64,000 nt of DNA. Source: Armatimonadota bacterium. GTDB taxonomy: Bacteria > Armatimonadota > Fimbriimonadia > Fimbriimonadales > GBS-DC. Positions 49,113 to 59,201 of the stretch are shown here, piece after piece. Location of the stretch: positions 32,001 to 96,000 of the forward strand of contig JBBIJY010000002.1 of NCBI GenBank assembly GCA_037445735.1. The letters run 5' to 3'. A program made the position numbers and the translations under genes. The notes under the pieces were generated by a model. That model worked only from the letters and a program-made list of their open reading frames with translations, was not told the origin of the DNA and did not search any database. Numbering within the stretch: the stretch's first letter is position 1; each line of letters opens with the position of its first letter.

Positions 49113-50020
49113 CAGTAGTCCTCCTCCAGTTCGTCCAGTCGGTGTCGGCGCATTAGCTCCCACTCTTTGCCCATGATCTCCTCGTCGGAGGGGGGCGGCG
49201 TGGGTTCGGATGCGCTGCGAACAACCTCGATCTCTTCGCCGAACATTTTGCCGTACTCGGCGACCTGTTCGGGCGAGAGCGGCGCCTCTTCCTGCACTTC
49301 GGGGATTTCGGTGGGCAGCACTTCGGCGCCCTGCCATTCGAGCTGCTTCTCCTCGATAATGGCGTCGGCGATGCGCCCGGCAATCAGCCGAATCGCCCGA
49401 ATCGCATCGTCGTTGCCCGGGATGGGGTAGTCCACCTCGTCGGGGTCGCAATTGGTGTCGACGATGGCGACGGTGGTGATACCCAGCCGATTGGCTTCGG
49501 CGACGGCGGTATGCTCCTCTTTGAGGTCGACGATAAAGAGCGCGGCGGGCAGTCCGGGCATATCTTTGATGCCTTCGAGGTTGCGCTCCAGCTTCTCATA
49601 CTCTTTGCGCAGTCGGGCGGCTTCCTTTTTGGGGATACGCTCCAGCTCGCCTTCCTGGATCATGCGTTCCAGCTCTTTCAGGCGGCGGACGCGCTGCTGG
49701 ATGGTGCGGTAGTTGGTGAGCATGCCGCCCAGCCAGCGGTAGTTGACATAGTACTGGCGGCAGCGCAGGGCGGCTTCCTTGATGGCGTCGCGCGCCTGCT
49801 TCTTCGTGCCCACGAACAACACATGCCCGCCCTCGTTCACTACCTGCTTGATCGCCTGCTGCGCTTTATCGAACATCTCGACCGTCTTGTGCAGGTCGAT
49901 GATATAGATTCCGTTGCGTGCGCCGTAGATGAATCGCTTCATGTTGGGGTGCCACTTGCGGGTCTGATGCCCGAAGTGAACCCCTGCTTCCAGAAGTTCC
50001 CGCATTGTTAGCGTTGCCAT
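49112..50020 (-). CDS. rpsB: 30S ribosomal protein S2 with acidic C-terminal tail
   Basis: [31 protein letters not shown]. Confidence 0.97.
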
Positions 50021-50029
50021 CGGTTTTCA

Positions 50030-50185
50030 CGACCTCCTCCGGGTTAGTTTCCACCCGTGCCGTCATCCGCGCTTTCCACCCCTGGGTATCAGAAGTATCC
50101 CGCTTCTGCCTGCGGTGCCTGACGCCCGCACAGGGCACCCCAGCGCGTCGGGCACGGTACGATGTCGCGCGGCAGTCCGCCACAC
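50030..50185 (-). ncRNA. Structured rpsB 5' leader (t44/S2-leader-like)
   Basis: Long-range stem CCGTGCC 50055-50061 / GGCACGG 50151-50157, GGGTGC motif, TATACT box at 50194-50199. Confidence 0.6.
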
Positions 50186-50252
50186 GCCCCAGCAGTATAC
50201 CCGATATCGACGGAGCGATTGCCCTTTGTCGATGCTGCCCTCTGCTGATCCG

Positions 50253-51815
50253 CTAATGCAGTTTGCCGACTGCCGACTCGACGGCGCGGCGCAGCTCGCC
50301 AGAGAGCATCAGCGCACGCACCGCTTGCACATCGGGCGTCAGAATCCTGTCCGCTTCCAGCGGCGGTACAACCCTGCGAATCGCCTGCAGAGCCGCTTTG
50401 ACGCCAACGCCCGGCTCCAGCGGCCTGTGGAACTCCAGTGCCTGCGCCGCGTTCACCAGCTCAATCGCTATCACCCAGCGGGCGTTTTCCAGAATCATGC
50501 GCGCCTGACGGGCTGCCGTCACACCCATCGACACATGGTCTTCCTGATTCGCGCTGGTGGGGATCGAATCGACGGAGGCGGGATGCGCCAGCACCTTGTT
50601 CTCCGACACGAGGCTGGCAGCGGTATACTGGGAGAGCATCAGCCCCGAATGCAGACCGCTCTGGCGAGCTAAGAAGGCGGGCAGACCCGACAGGTCGGGA
50701 TCAAGCATATACTCCACGCGCCGCTCGCTGATGTTCGCCAGCTCCGCAATCGCGATTTTGGCGTAATCCATCGCCAGCGCGACGGGCTGACCGTGAAAGT
50801 TGCCTGCGGAGATAACCTCATCGCTGTCGGGGAACACGAGCGGGTTATCGGTGACGCTGTTCATCTCGCGTTCGATCACCTCGCGCACATGGGCGAGCAC
50901 GTCGCGCGAGGCGCCATGCACCTGCGGAATGCAGCGCAGGGAGTAGGCGTCCTGCACCTTTTCACAGAACTCATGCGATTTGTGGATGGCGCTGTCGGCG
51001 CACAGCTGGCGGATGTTCGCGCACACCTGCGCGGCGCCCGGATGGGGTCGCACCTGCGCGACTTTTGAATCGAAGGGTCGCAGGCTGCCCTTGAGCGCTT
51101 CGAGGCTCATCGCGCCCGCAATATCGGCAAGCGTGCAGAGTTGCAGGGCGTCATAGACCAGCAGCGCACCGACGGCGGTCATCGCCTGCGTGCCGTTGAT
51201 GAGCGCCAGCCCCTCTTTGGCTTCCAGCGTGATGGGTTTCAGCCCTGCGGCTCGCAGGGCGTCACCACCGTTCAGAATGCGACCCTCATATTCGGCTTCG
51301 CCCTCGCCAATGAGGGGCAGGCACATGTGCGCGAGCGGGGCGAGGTCGCCACTGGCGCCGACCGAACCCTGTGAGGGCACTATCGGATGCACGCGCCGAT
51401 TGAGCATCTCCAGCAGCAGCTCAATCACCTGCTCGCGCACGCCGCTGTAGCCGAGCGCGAGGCTCTGCGCACGGAGCAGCATCATCGCCCGCACCACCTC
51501 CGTCGGGAACGGCTCGCCCACGCCAATCGCGTGCGACAGCAGCAGGTTGCGTTGCAACGCGCGGGTCTGATCGGGGCTGATACGCTGGTTCGCCAGCTTG
51601 CCCAGCCCGGTGGTGACGCCGTACACCGTGCGGTTTTCCGAAAGGATATGCTCCACATAGCGGCGACCCGCACGCACGCGCTCGCGGGCTTCGTCCGCTA
51701 ATCGCACGGGCGCATACTCGCGTGCCACACGCACCACATCCTCCACGCTGAGGGGATGCCCCACGCTGACATGCGCCTCCGCCTGTGCCGCCTCCTCGCC
51801 ATGCACAGTTTCCAT
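50253..51815 (-). CDS. hutH: Histidine ammonia-lyase
   Basis: VYGVTTG, GASGDLAPL (MIO), QDAYSLRC, GNFHG, QEDHVSMG. Confidence 0.93.
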   Translation of the reverse strand: METVHGEEAAQAEAHVSVGHPLSVEDVVRVAREYAPVRLADEARERVRAGRRYVEHILSENRTVYGVTTGLGKLANQRISPDQTRALQRNLLLSHAIGVGEPFPTEVVRAMMLLRAQSLALGYSGVREQVIELLLEMLNRRVHPIVPSQGSVGASGDLAPLAHMCLPLIGEGEAEYEGRILNGGDALRAAGLKPITLEAKEGLALINGTQAMTAVGALLVYDALQLCTLADIAGAMSLEALKGSLRPFDSKVAQVRPHPGAAQVCANIRQLCADSAIHKSHEFCEKVQDAYSLRCIPQVHGASRDVLAHVREVIEREMNSVTDNPLVFPDSDEVISAGNFHGQPVALAMDYAKIAIAELANISERRVEYMLDPDLSGLPAFLARQSGLHSGLMLSQYTAASLVSENKVLAHPASVDSIPTSANQEDHVSMGVTAARQARMILENARWVIAIELVNAAQALEFHRPLEPGVGVKAALQAIRRVVPPLEADRILTPDVQAVRALMLSGELRRAVESAVGKLH

Positions 51816-51872
51816 AACTATAAAGATACCCCACCCGCCTGCAGGTGGGTTATAATGTAATAGCGAGGAGGC

Positions 51873-53519
51873 ATGGCTATGCACAGATTGTGCCGAGCGA
51901 TCGGTGTATGGGCGCTGAGCGGGACGATTGTAACCAGCTGGGGTCAACCGCCTGCGATTCATCACGAGGTGCCGGACGACCCCCATCGGGCTGGCGCGGG
52001 CGGGTTTGCGCCCGCAGGTGGCAGCACTGTGCAGCGCGGACCCTATATCAGTCGGCAGGTGAATGTCAGCGCGGCGGGCACCAACATTCAGGGCGACGCC
52101 GCCAACGAACCCTCAATCGCCGTGGATCCGACGAACCCCAACCGAATCGTGATTGCGTGGCGCCAGTTCGATACCATCACCTCCAACTTCCGTCAGGCGG
52201 GACGGGCATACAGCCACGATGGGGGCTTGACCTGGACATTTCCTGGCGTGCTGGAGCCAGGCGTGTTCCGCAGTGACCCGGTGGTGCGTGCCGACGCGAA
52301 CGGTGTGTTCTATTATATGAGCCTGCGCGGCGACTTCACCTGTCAGGTGTTTCGCTCCTTCGATGGCGGCGTAACCTTCCCGGAGCGCTACGACGCCTAC
52401 GGCGGCGATAAGGAGTGGTTCACCATCGACCTGACCAATAGCATTGGGCGGGGCAATCTCTACCTGGCATGGAGCACAGCGGCAAGCAGCACAGGCAACC
52501 GCACTTTCACCCGTTCCGTTAACGCGGGCATTGCATGGCTTAACCCGATAAGCATTCCGAACTCTCCCATCTGGGGCACGCTTGCGGTCGACTCCGACGG
52601 CACGCTCTATATCGGGGGCGTCTCCTCCCCGCAGTGGCCCCAGTTCTATCTCGTGCGTTCCTCCAGCGCGCGCGATCGCACGCAGACACCCACCTTCGAC
52701 CTGAACCAACCCGTGAATCTGAACGGCACCCTGCGGTACGGCGCAGGACCCAATCCGGGCGGGCTTCTGGGTCAGGTCTGGATCGATGTGGATCGCTCCA
52801 GTGGTCCGTATCACGGGCGGCTCTACTTCCTCTGTTCGGTCAACCCGCCTGGCGATGACCCGCTGGATGTCTATCTGGCGTTCAGCACCGACAGGGGTGC
52901 CACCTGGAGCGCGCCCATTCGCGTGAATGATGACCCACCCGCCAGCAACGCCTGGCAATGGTTCGGCACTCTATCGGTGGCGCCCAACGGGCGTGTGGAT
53001 GTCATCTGGTACGACACGCGCAACGACCCCAACGGGCTGCTGTCGGAGTTGCGCTACACCTGCTCCTTCGATGGCGGTTTAACATGGATGCCCTCTATCC
53101 CCGTTAGCCCTGCCTTCCACCCGCACATCGGCTGGCCGAACCAGAACAAAATCGGCGACTACATCGATATGGCGTCGCTGGAGGCGGAGGCGTTCATCGC
53201 CTATGCCGCCACCTTCAACGGCGAGCAGGATGTCTACTTCGTGCGCGTGGGCGACTGCAACCAGAATGGCGTCCACGACGCGCTGGACATCGCCACCCGC
53301 CGCTCCACCGACCGCAACCGCAACCAGATTCCCGACGAGTGCGAAACGCGCCCGGGCGATGTGGACTTCGACGGCTGTGTGGACGATAGCGACCTGCTGA
53401 GCGTGCTGCTTGCCTTCGGTCGCACAGGCGACGGCTTGATGGAGGACCTGAACGGCGACGGCGTTGTGGACGATGCCGACCTGATGCTGGTGCTGTTCAA
53501 CTTCGGGCAAGGTTGCTGA
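51873..53519 (+). CDS. Secreted BNR/Asp-box (sialidase-fold) protein with dockerin-like C-terminus ending GC
   Basis: SHDGGLTW, SFDGGVTF, STDRGATW, SFDGGLTW; GDVDFDGCVDDSDLL..DDADLMLVLFNFGQGC. Confidence 0.85.
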   Translation: MAMHRLCRAIGVWALSGTIVTSWGQPPAIHHEVPDDPHRAGAGGFAPAGGSTVQRGPYISRQVNVSAAGTNIQGDAANEPSIAVDPTNPNRIVIAWRQFDTITSNFRQAGRAYSHDGGLTWTFPGVLEPGVFRSDPVVRADANGVFYYMSLRGDFTCQVFRSFDGGVTFPERYDAYGGDKEWFTIDLTNSIGRGNLYLAWSTAASSTGNRTFTRSVNAGIAWLNPISIPNSPIWGTLAVDSDGTLYIGGVSSPQWPQFYLVRSSSARDRTQTPTFDLNQPVNLNGTLRYGAGPNPGGLLGQVWIDVDRSSGPYHGRLYFLCSVNPPGDDPLDVYLAFSTDRGATWSAPIRVNDDPPASNAWQWFGTLSVAPNGRVDVIWYDTRNDPNGLLSELRYTCSFDGGLTWMPSIPVSPAFHPHIGWPNQNKIGDYIDMASLEAEAFIAYAATFNGEQDVYFVRVGDCNQNGVHDALDIATRRSTDRNRNQIPDECETRPGDVDFDGCVDDSDLLSVLLAFGRTGDGLMEDLNGDGVVDDADLMLVLFNFGQGC

Positions 53520-53550
53520 ACGAGCCAGATGCTCAAGCGGTACGGCTCAC

Positions 53551-53577
53551 TGAAACCGTTGTGCCATCTGCCGTGTA
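53551..53577 (+). promoter_or_regulatory. Possible ECF-type promoter
   Basis: TGAAAC-N15-CGTGTA upstream of the operon encoding the ECF sigma factor. Confidence 0.4.
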
Positions 53578-53596
53578 GACTGTTATGGAGGTTACG

Positions 53597-54658
53597 ATGA
53601 CACAACGGCGGATGGCGCAGATATGGCTTATGGGGCTGGTCGCGCTGGCAATCTGTCAGCAGCCGCCCAGAAGCGTGATCGATTTCGAACGCGAGGAGCA
53701 TGGCTGGTTCGTGCTACCGGGCGCGGATGGCAAGGTGGAACGCACCACGAACGCGAACGATGTCAAAAACGGGAAGTACGCCCTGCAATACACCTACACC
53801 GTCGCGCAGGGCAAGTTCAACGCGATTGTGCGGCTGGAGCCAGAGAGCTGGGCGCAGGGCTTCCGATTCTGGGTCAAGACCGACCGACCCACGATGCTGA
53901 TGTTCATGGTGTCGGAGGAGGGCGGGGAACGCTGGCAGGCGCCCTTCTGGTGCGGAAATAACGAGTGGCAGCAGGTGACGCTCGCGCTGAGCGACTTCTC
54001 CCCAACGGATGACAGCCAGTCCCAGAATGGCAAGCTCGATATGGAGCGCGCGGAGGGCATCGGCTTGCTGGATGCGGGCGCACTGTTCGCCGCGACGCCC
54101 GAAGCCGCCGCGTTTCTGGGCGATATGCGCGGCACGCGCATGCTCTGGATGGACGACTTCGAGTTCCTGGCGCAGCCGCCGCCCCGCAAAGCGAGCCGCG
54201 AGGTGCTGGACGACTTCCAGCGCGACTACCTGATGTGGTTCGCCACCGTGGGCGTGCGCATCAAGCCGACAGCTGGCGGAATGCAGGTGGAATACAAACA
54301 GGAGAACCCGTGGCTGCTGGCGGTGGCGCGTCCCCTGCCGAAAGGCGTGCTCGCTGACACCAGAGGACTGCAGATCACCCTGCAGGTCAAGAACGCCACC
54401 ACGCTCGCCGTGGGGCTGGAAGAGGAAGATGGCGAGCGATGGGTGGCGAGCCGACCCGTGGGCGGTGAGGACAAACCCGAAACGCTCCGATTCGAATGGA
54501 GCGCATTCACCATCACCGACGACACGAAAGGCAAGGGCGACGGCAAACTGACACCCGCCAGAGCGAAACTGCTCTCGCTCATCGATATGGGCGTGCTGAC
54601 CGGCGAAGCCCAACCTGCCAACCGCTGGCTGGTGCGGGAGGTCAAACTGGAGCGATAA
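53597..54658 (+). CDS. Secreted protein with two probable carbohydrate-binding-like (CBM11/CIA30-like) domains
   Basis: Signal peptide; duplicated DF..W..G..E..GERW..W.. NGKL/DGKL pattern. Confidence 0.6.
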   Translation: MTQRRMAQIWLMGLVALAICQQPPRSVIDFEREEHGWFVLPGADGKVERTTNANDVKNGKYALQYTYTVAQGKFNAIVRLEPESWAQGFRFWVKTDRPTMLMFMVSEEGGERWQAPFWCGNNEWQQVTLALSDFSPTDDSQSQNGKLDMERAEGIGLLDAGALFAATPEAAAFLGDMRGTRMLWMDDFEFLAQPPPRKASREVLDDFQRDYLMWFATVGVRIKPTAGGMQVEYKQENPWLLAVARPLPKGVLADTRGLQITLQVKNATTLAVGLEEEDGERWVASRPVGGEDKPETLRFEWSAFTITDDTKGKGDGKLTPARAKLLSLIDMGVLTGEAQPANRWLVREVKLER

Positions 54659-54660
54659 CG

Positions 54661-55200
54661 ATGTTTTCCGACGAATGGCTGGTGGCACGCTGCCTGCAGG
54701 GCGACTCGTCGGCGTTCGACCGCCTGATGGAGCGGTATCGCGATCGGGTCTTCTCGCTGGCGTTCCGCATGCTGGGCGATGCGACATTGGCAGAAGATGT
54801 CAGCCAGGAGGCGTGGCTGCGAGCCTACACGCGGCTGGGGCTGTACGATGCGTCCCAGCCGTTCGCCACATGGCTGCTCTGTCTGACGGCGCGGCTGTGC
54901 CTGAACGCGCTGCGCGACCGCCGTGTGGAGCGTGAGCGACTGGAACGGGCAGCCAAAGCGATGCCGCCTGTGCCAACCGTTGAGGAGCTGCTCTATGAGC
55001 GCGAGCGTCAGCGCACGCTCCAGCGGCTGCTGCTGCGCCTGCCCGCCGAGCAACGGGTCGCCCTGCTACTACACTACACCGAAGGGCTACCGCTCAGGGC
55101 GGTCGCCGAACAGCTCGGCGTGCCTGTCGGCACGGTCAAAACCTGGCTCCATCGCGGGCGCGAGCAGCTCCGACGATGGATCGAGGAGGAACGCGGATGA
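54661..55200 (+). CDS. ECF RNA polymerase sigma factor
   Basis: GDSSAFDRL, AEDVSQE, FATWL, GVPVGTVKTWLHRGR. Confidence 0.92.
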   Translation: MFSDEWLVARCLQGDSSAFDRLMERYRDRVFSLAFRMLGDATLAEDVSQEAWLRAYTRLGLYDASQPFATWLLCLTARLCLNALRDRRVERERLERAAKAMPPVPTVEELLYERERQRTLQRLLLRLPAEQRVALLLHYTEGLPLRAVAEQLGVPVGTVKTWLHRGREQLRRWIEEERG

Positions 55201-55517
55201 ACCCTATCGACCCGATTGATGTGGAGCAACTGTTGCGCGAGCTGCCGACCCTGCCCGCGCCAGCACACCTCCGTAGCACGGGCATCCTGCCCGTGACCCG
55301 CCTGCGGGCAAGCGTCGCGCCGAACCATGCGCTGCTCATCATGCTCTGGCTGCTGCTACTGCTGCCGACAGCATGGCTGCTGACACAGGTCTCGCCCCAC
55401 CTGCCTGCTGAAACGGCGTTTCAGGCGACGCCCTACCCTGCATGGCAGGGACTGCTGCACGACGCGCAACAGGCGCTCCAGACAGGATGGCAGCTGATTC
55501 AGGAGGTGCTGAGTTGA
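55197..55517 (+). CDS. Putative membrane anti-sigma factor
   Basis: ATGA-coupled to the ECF sigma; LPAP motif and one TM helix. Confidence 0.6.
   Translation: MNPIDPIDVEQLLRELPTLPAPAHLRSTGILPVTRLRASVAPNHALLIMLWLLLLLPTAWLLTQVSPHLPAETAFQATPYPAWQGLLHDAQQALQTGWQLIQEVLS
55273..55295 (+). repeat. GTAG-tagged REP-like palindrome inside the anti-sigma ORF
   Basis: GTAG-CACGGGC-ATCCT-GCCCGTG. Confidence 0.6.
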
Positions 55518-56029
55518 AATCGGATGCCGACTGGATAGGACTGGTGGTGCTTTACCTGTCGCTGGTGGCGGTCGCGCTGGTGAGCCTGATGCTGCGGGGT
55601 GCGCGTGCGCAGGCGCACATCCGCGCGATTCGCGAGCAGGGTCGAACGCTCTTCTGGCGCGGGTTCGCGGTGACCATCACCGCTGCCCTGCTGATCCTGC
55701 TACTGGGCGCACTGAACGAGAGCCTCAAAAAGGCGGGCGACACCCGTGCCTCTCAGCTGGTCGGGCTGATTGCCGCCGTGATTGTGCTGGCGTATCTGCT
55801 GCTGGCGCTGCTGGGCTTCGGCAGTGTGGCGGTGGTGGTGGGCGATTCGGTGGCGCAACTGTTCGGCTGGCGCGACCTGAGCGCGGGCTGGTGCAGCGTG
55901 CTGGGCTGCGCAATTATCCCGCTGGTCGTGTGGATCCCGCTGTTCGGCTGGGCGCTCGGTGTCTACTGGCTTTCGCTCGCTATCGGCGGGCTGTGGAGCC
56001 AATCACAGATCGCTCCCGATTCCACCTAA
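55514..56029 (+). CDS. Membrane protein (about 5 TM) of the ECF operon
   Basis: AGGAGG RBS plus TTG 55514; hydrophobic segments. Confidence 0.7.
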   Translation: MKSDADWIGLVVLYLSLVAVALVSLMLRGARAQAHIRAIREQGRTLFWRGFAVTITAALLILLLGALNESLKKAGDTRASQLVGLIAAVIVLAYLLLALLGFGSVAVVVGDSVAQLFGWRDLSAGWCSVLGCAIIPLVVWIPLFGWALGVYWLSLAIGGLWSQSQIAPDST

Positions 56030-58351
56030 CGGCTGACCGAACTGCCCGTAACCAAAGCGCGAGAAGGACGGCAACGCCTTCAGGCGCACCAATATCAGCA
56101 GGCTCCGATCCCGACGGAAGCCGAACGGATTGTCGATATAGCGAATCTCCAGCTCAGCGCAGTGCAGGTCGTAGGTCAGCAGCAGGTGGCGCCCCTCGAA
56201 GCGGTTCAGATAGCCGTTATACTGCAGGATGCTGGAGATTCGCAGTCGCCCCCACTGCAGGGCGTCCAGTCGGGCGAAGACGCTGCCCCAGCGATGGCGT
56301 TGCGGGTCATAGCGTGCCGAGAGCGTTAGCTGCGAGGCGCCGAACCGCCAGAGCAGGTCGGTCAGCAGGCTGGTGAACCGCCCGCGATTGGGGTCGTAAC
56401 TGCTTTGCGTGCGCCAGCGCAACCACTGTGCCGGGCTATATTCCAGATTGAGGTTGAGGGGGCTCCATGCGTCGCGCCCCTGCTCGCGCGCCATCAGGTC
56501 ATAGGTGGTCAGCGCGGCGAGGTTCCAGCCGCCGCCCAGCGCCCAGCGCAGATCGGCGCTCAGCAGATTGTAGCTGCCCGTTCGATCCAGTCCGAGCGGC
56601 GAATAGCCATACGGTCGCAGATAGTTCCAGCGCAGCGCGAGACTCGAACGCGCGTCCAGCTCATAACGCCCCTCTAATGCCGACTGCAACAGATATTGCG
56701 CCGTCTGGTCGCTGTAAAAGGTCTGCCGAAAGCCATAGAGCCAGTTCAAGCTCCAGCGTGAGACCCCCTCACCCGTACCCTCTCCCCCGCTGGGGGAGAG
56801 GGTGAGATTGGCTCCCTCTCCCCGCTGGGGAGAGGGTTGGGGTGAGGGGTTAGTTGCAGGCGCAGGGTGAGATGCCCCCTCACCCGTACCCTCTCCCCCT
56901 TCAGGGGGAGAGGGATTTTGAACCCCCTCTCCCCTCTGCGGAGAGGGTTGGGGTGAGGGGTTAAATCGTCCCTGCAGTTCGAAGCCGACGCGCTCGCGGG
57001 TGAGCCGTGTCGCGCTCCCTTCGGCAAATCGCCCGACGCTGAGGCGCAGGCTGGCGTCCAGCCCGTTCAGACCCCACCAGCGTGCGGGCGCGTTCAGGCT
57101 CAGCTCCGGCAACCGCTCCAGACCCCCAGAGAAGGCGGGCACACTGCCGACGGGCATCAGCCGCTGATACTCCATCTGTAACCGTGCGCCCAACAGGTCA
57201 TAATCGAGCAACGCGCGGGCGTTCCACTGGCGCAGACCGCTGGTGGAGACGCCCTCCGACAGGCTCGCCGTCTCCAGATAGTCGCCCGATAGGTTCCAGC
57301 GCAGTCGCCCCATCGTGCGCGAATCGCTCAGGTTCAACGCGCGATTGATGCTCTCCAGCGCACCGATGAGATTCCGATTCTCGTTAAAGCTCAGGCGGGT
57401 CTGACCGCTCACGCTGGGCAGCACCCAGTCGGTGCGCAGCGACCACGCCGTGCTGTCGGCAAAAATCAGATAGCTGTTGCGGCGGTAATCGGCGCTCCAG
57501 CTGGTCTGCAGTTGCCCGAACGCCTGCTGATGTTGCCACCGTCCCGTGAGGCTGTTCGTGTTGAGCGTGCGATCGCGCAGGAAGTAGAGGTTCAGCGAGC
57601 CGCGCGAATATTGCTGGAGCAGATTGATGCCCAGCCCCTTGCGCTGCATCAAATCAAATCGCACGCTACCGATTGCCCCGCGCATCAGCAGATAGGCAAT
57701 CGCATATTTGAGGTAGAGTCCCTCCTCTTCCGAGAAGCCCGCTTCGGGCAGGGGCGACGATTCGCCCGTTTCACGCAGGGGCACAACCACATAGGGCAGG
57801 GTGAACAGGGTGCGTCCGAACACCTGCAGGCGCACATGGCGCAGCACAGCGCGCTGACCCGCCGTCGCTTCCATGCGCTCCGCCTCCCACTGGTAGTGCG
57901 GATGATCGAGATTGCAGGTGGTCGCCTGCAGGTGGCTGCCCTGCACGGTGTTCTCTTCGCCCTGCAGCCGCTCGCCGCGAATAAAGAGGCTGTCTAACAG
58001 GCGATGATTGAGGAAGGCAGGCTCCAGCCGTGCGCTGCCGCGCCACAGCTCCCAGTAGCGTTCGCGCGTGTTCAGCAGCAGTTGCTCGCCCTCTGCATGG
58101 ACGCCGTTGCCTGTCAGCGACACAGCGCCCTGAAACAGATAGTTGCCGGAGCGGGTGGAGCCTTCGGCGCGGGCGCCCGAGAGCAGATAGTCGCGCCAGC
58201 GGGCTTCGATCCGCTCCGCTTGCAGCGTGCCATCCGCCTGCCAGCGGAAAGCCTCCATGCGCAGAATCTCTACTGGCTCCCGATCCTGCGCCAGAAGGGT
58301 GGCGAAAGCGCCCGCCAGCCATAGCGCGCTTATCCAGCGAACAGTCCCCAT
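56003..58351 (-). CDS. lptD: LptD-like outer-membrane protein with in-frame repeat-derived insertion
   Basis: Signal peptide, TTC..HPHY, TLPY, amphipathic beta strands, YDLHC near the C-terminus. Confidence 0.72.
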   Translation of the reverse strand: MGTVRWISALWLAGAFATLLAQDREPVEILRMEAFRWQADGTLQAERIEARWRDYLLSGARAEGSTRSGNYLFQGAVSLTGNGVHAEGEQLLLNTRERYWELWRGSARLEPAFLNHRLLDSLFIRGERLQGEENTVQGSHLQATTCNLDHPHYQWEAERMEATAGQRAVLRHVRLQVFGRTLFTLPYVVVPLRETGESSPLPEAGFSEEEGLYLKYAIAYLLMRGAIGSVRFDLMQRKGLGINLLQQYSRGSLNLYFLRDRTLNTNSLTGRWQHQQAFGQLQTSWSADYRRNSYLIFADSTAWSLRTDWVLPSVSGQTRLSFNENRNLIGALESINRALNLSDSRTMGRLRWNLSGDYLETASLSEGVSTSGLRQWNARALLDYDLLGARLQMEYQRLMPVGSVPAFSGGLERLPELSLNAPARWWGLNGLDASLRLSVGRFAEGSATRLTRERVGFELQGRFNPSPQPSPQRGEGVQNPSPPEGGEGTGEGASHPAPATNPSPQPSPQRGEGANLTLSPSGGEGTGEGVSRWSLNWLYGFRQTFYSDQTAQYLLQSALEGRYELDARSSLALRWNYLRPYGYSPLGLDRTGSYNLLSADLRWALGGGWNLAALTTYDLMAREQGRDAWSPLNLNLEYSPAQWLRWRTQSSYDPNRGRFTSLLTDLLWRFGASQLTLSARYDPQRHRWGSVFARLDALQWGRLRISSILQYNGYLNRFEGRHLLLTYDLHCAELEIRYIDNPFGFRRDRSLLILVRLKALPSFSRFGYGQFGQPLGGIGSDL
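56764..56960. repeat. Four boxC-like elements (two inverted pairs) in-frame within the lptD-like gene
   Basis: Encode PSPQPSPQRGEG x2, PSPPEGGEGTGEG and LSPSGGEGTGEG. Confidence 0.92.
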
Positions 58352-58462
58352 CCGTGCGCCTATATTGTAGACGCTTGACAGGCACAGAGGGGATGAAAGG
58401 CAGGTAGCTGGCAAGCGCGGTCAGCTCCAAGGCTACCTGCCTGCAGAAGATCGGATGGGGAT

Positions 58463-59107
58463 TCAGCGCTGGCGGCGACGGGCACGCACTGCCATCAGGC
58501 TCATCAGACCTGCGCCCAGCACCGTCAGCGTGCCCGGCTCCGGTATGGCGGTGATGATGCGCAGCTCGTCCACGACATCGGTCGTGCGAGCATAAAAACG
58601 CAGGGTCACACCGTCGCTCAGAACCTCGAACTGCTCCACATCCTGAGTGTCCAGCTCGTACCCGCGATAGTTGTCGGATTGCGAGTATTGCGTAGTAGGC
58701 ACGCCCAGCTCGTCATCGCTCAGGCGCAGGCGACGACCCCGCGCAATCACCGCCAGAATCGGGAACGGAAAGGTGATGCTGCCATAATAGTCGCGCGGAC
58801 CATTCCCAATCGGGTCTGAGTGAAGCAGATACACATTCACCTGCGTGCCCGCTAAGAGCGTAAAGGTGCCCAGGTCGCTCTCAGCATCGTACAGCCCCGG
58901 CGATACCACATCCACAGTGACATCGCGGGGCACGGTGTGGTTGAGATGCTCCGTGAACAGGTAAGCGACATTATTGTCCTCGAACTGATCGGCGCGCAGG
59001 TCGGATGGCGGTGAACCCCCCAGCACGACATTGCCGGAGTTAATCGTCTGACCCAGCGCGAGACCCATTAACCCGCAAAGTCCCAGAAAAAGCCCCAGTT
59101 TGTTCAT
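58463..59107 (-). CDS. PEP-CTERM surface protein
   Basis: Signal peptide; IPEPGTLTVLGAGLMSLMAVRARRRQR. Confidence 0.88.
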   Translation of the reverse strand: MNKLGLFLGLCGLMGLALGQTINSGNVVLGGSPPSDLRADQFEDNNVAYLFTEHLNHTVPRDVTVDVVSPGLYDAESDLGTFTLLAGTQVNVYLLHSDPIGNGPRDYYGSITFPFPILAVIARGRRLRLSDDELGVPTTQYSQSDNYRGYELDTQDVEQFEVLSDGVTLRFYARTTDVVDELRIITAIPEPGTLTVLGAGLMSLMAVRARRRQR

Positions 59108-59201
59108 CTCGTCCTCCTTGGGAGCGCCTTTGATGGCAGCTGCCCATATAATATCGACTCAGAAAGTGTCCAGAAGCGGACAGGTGTTTGTCTTATGCGT
59201 A

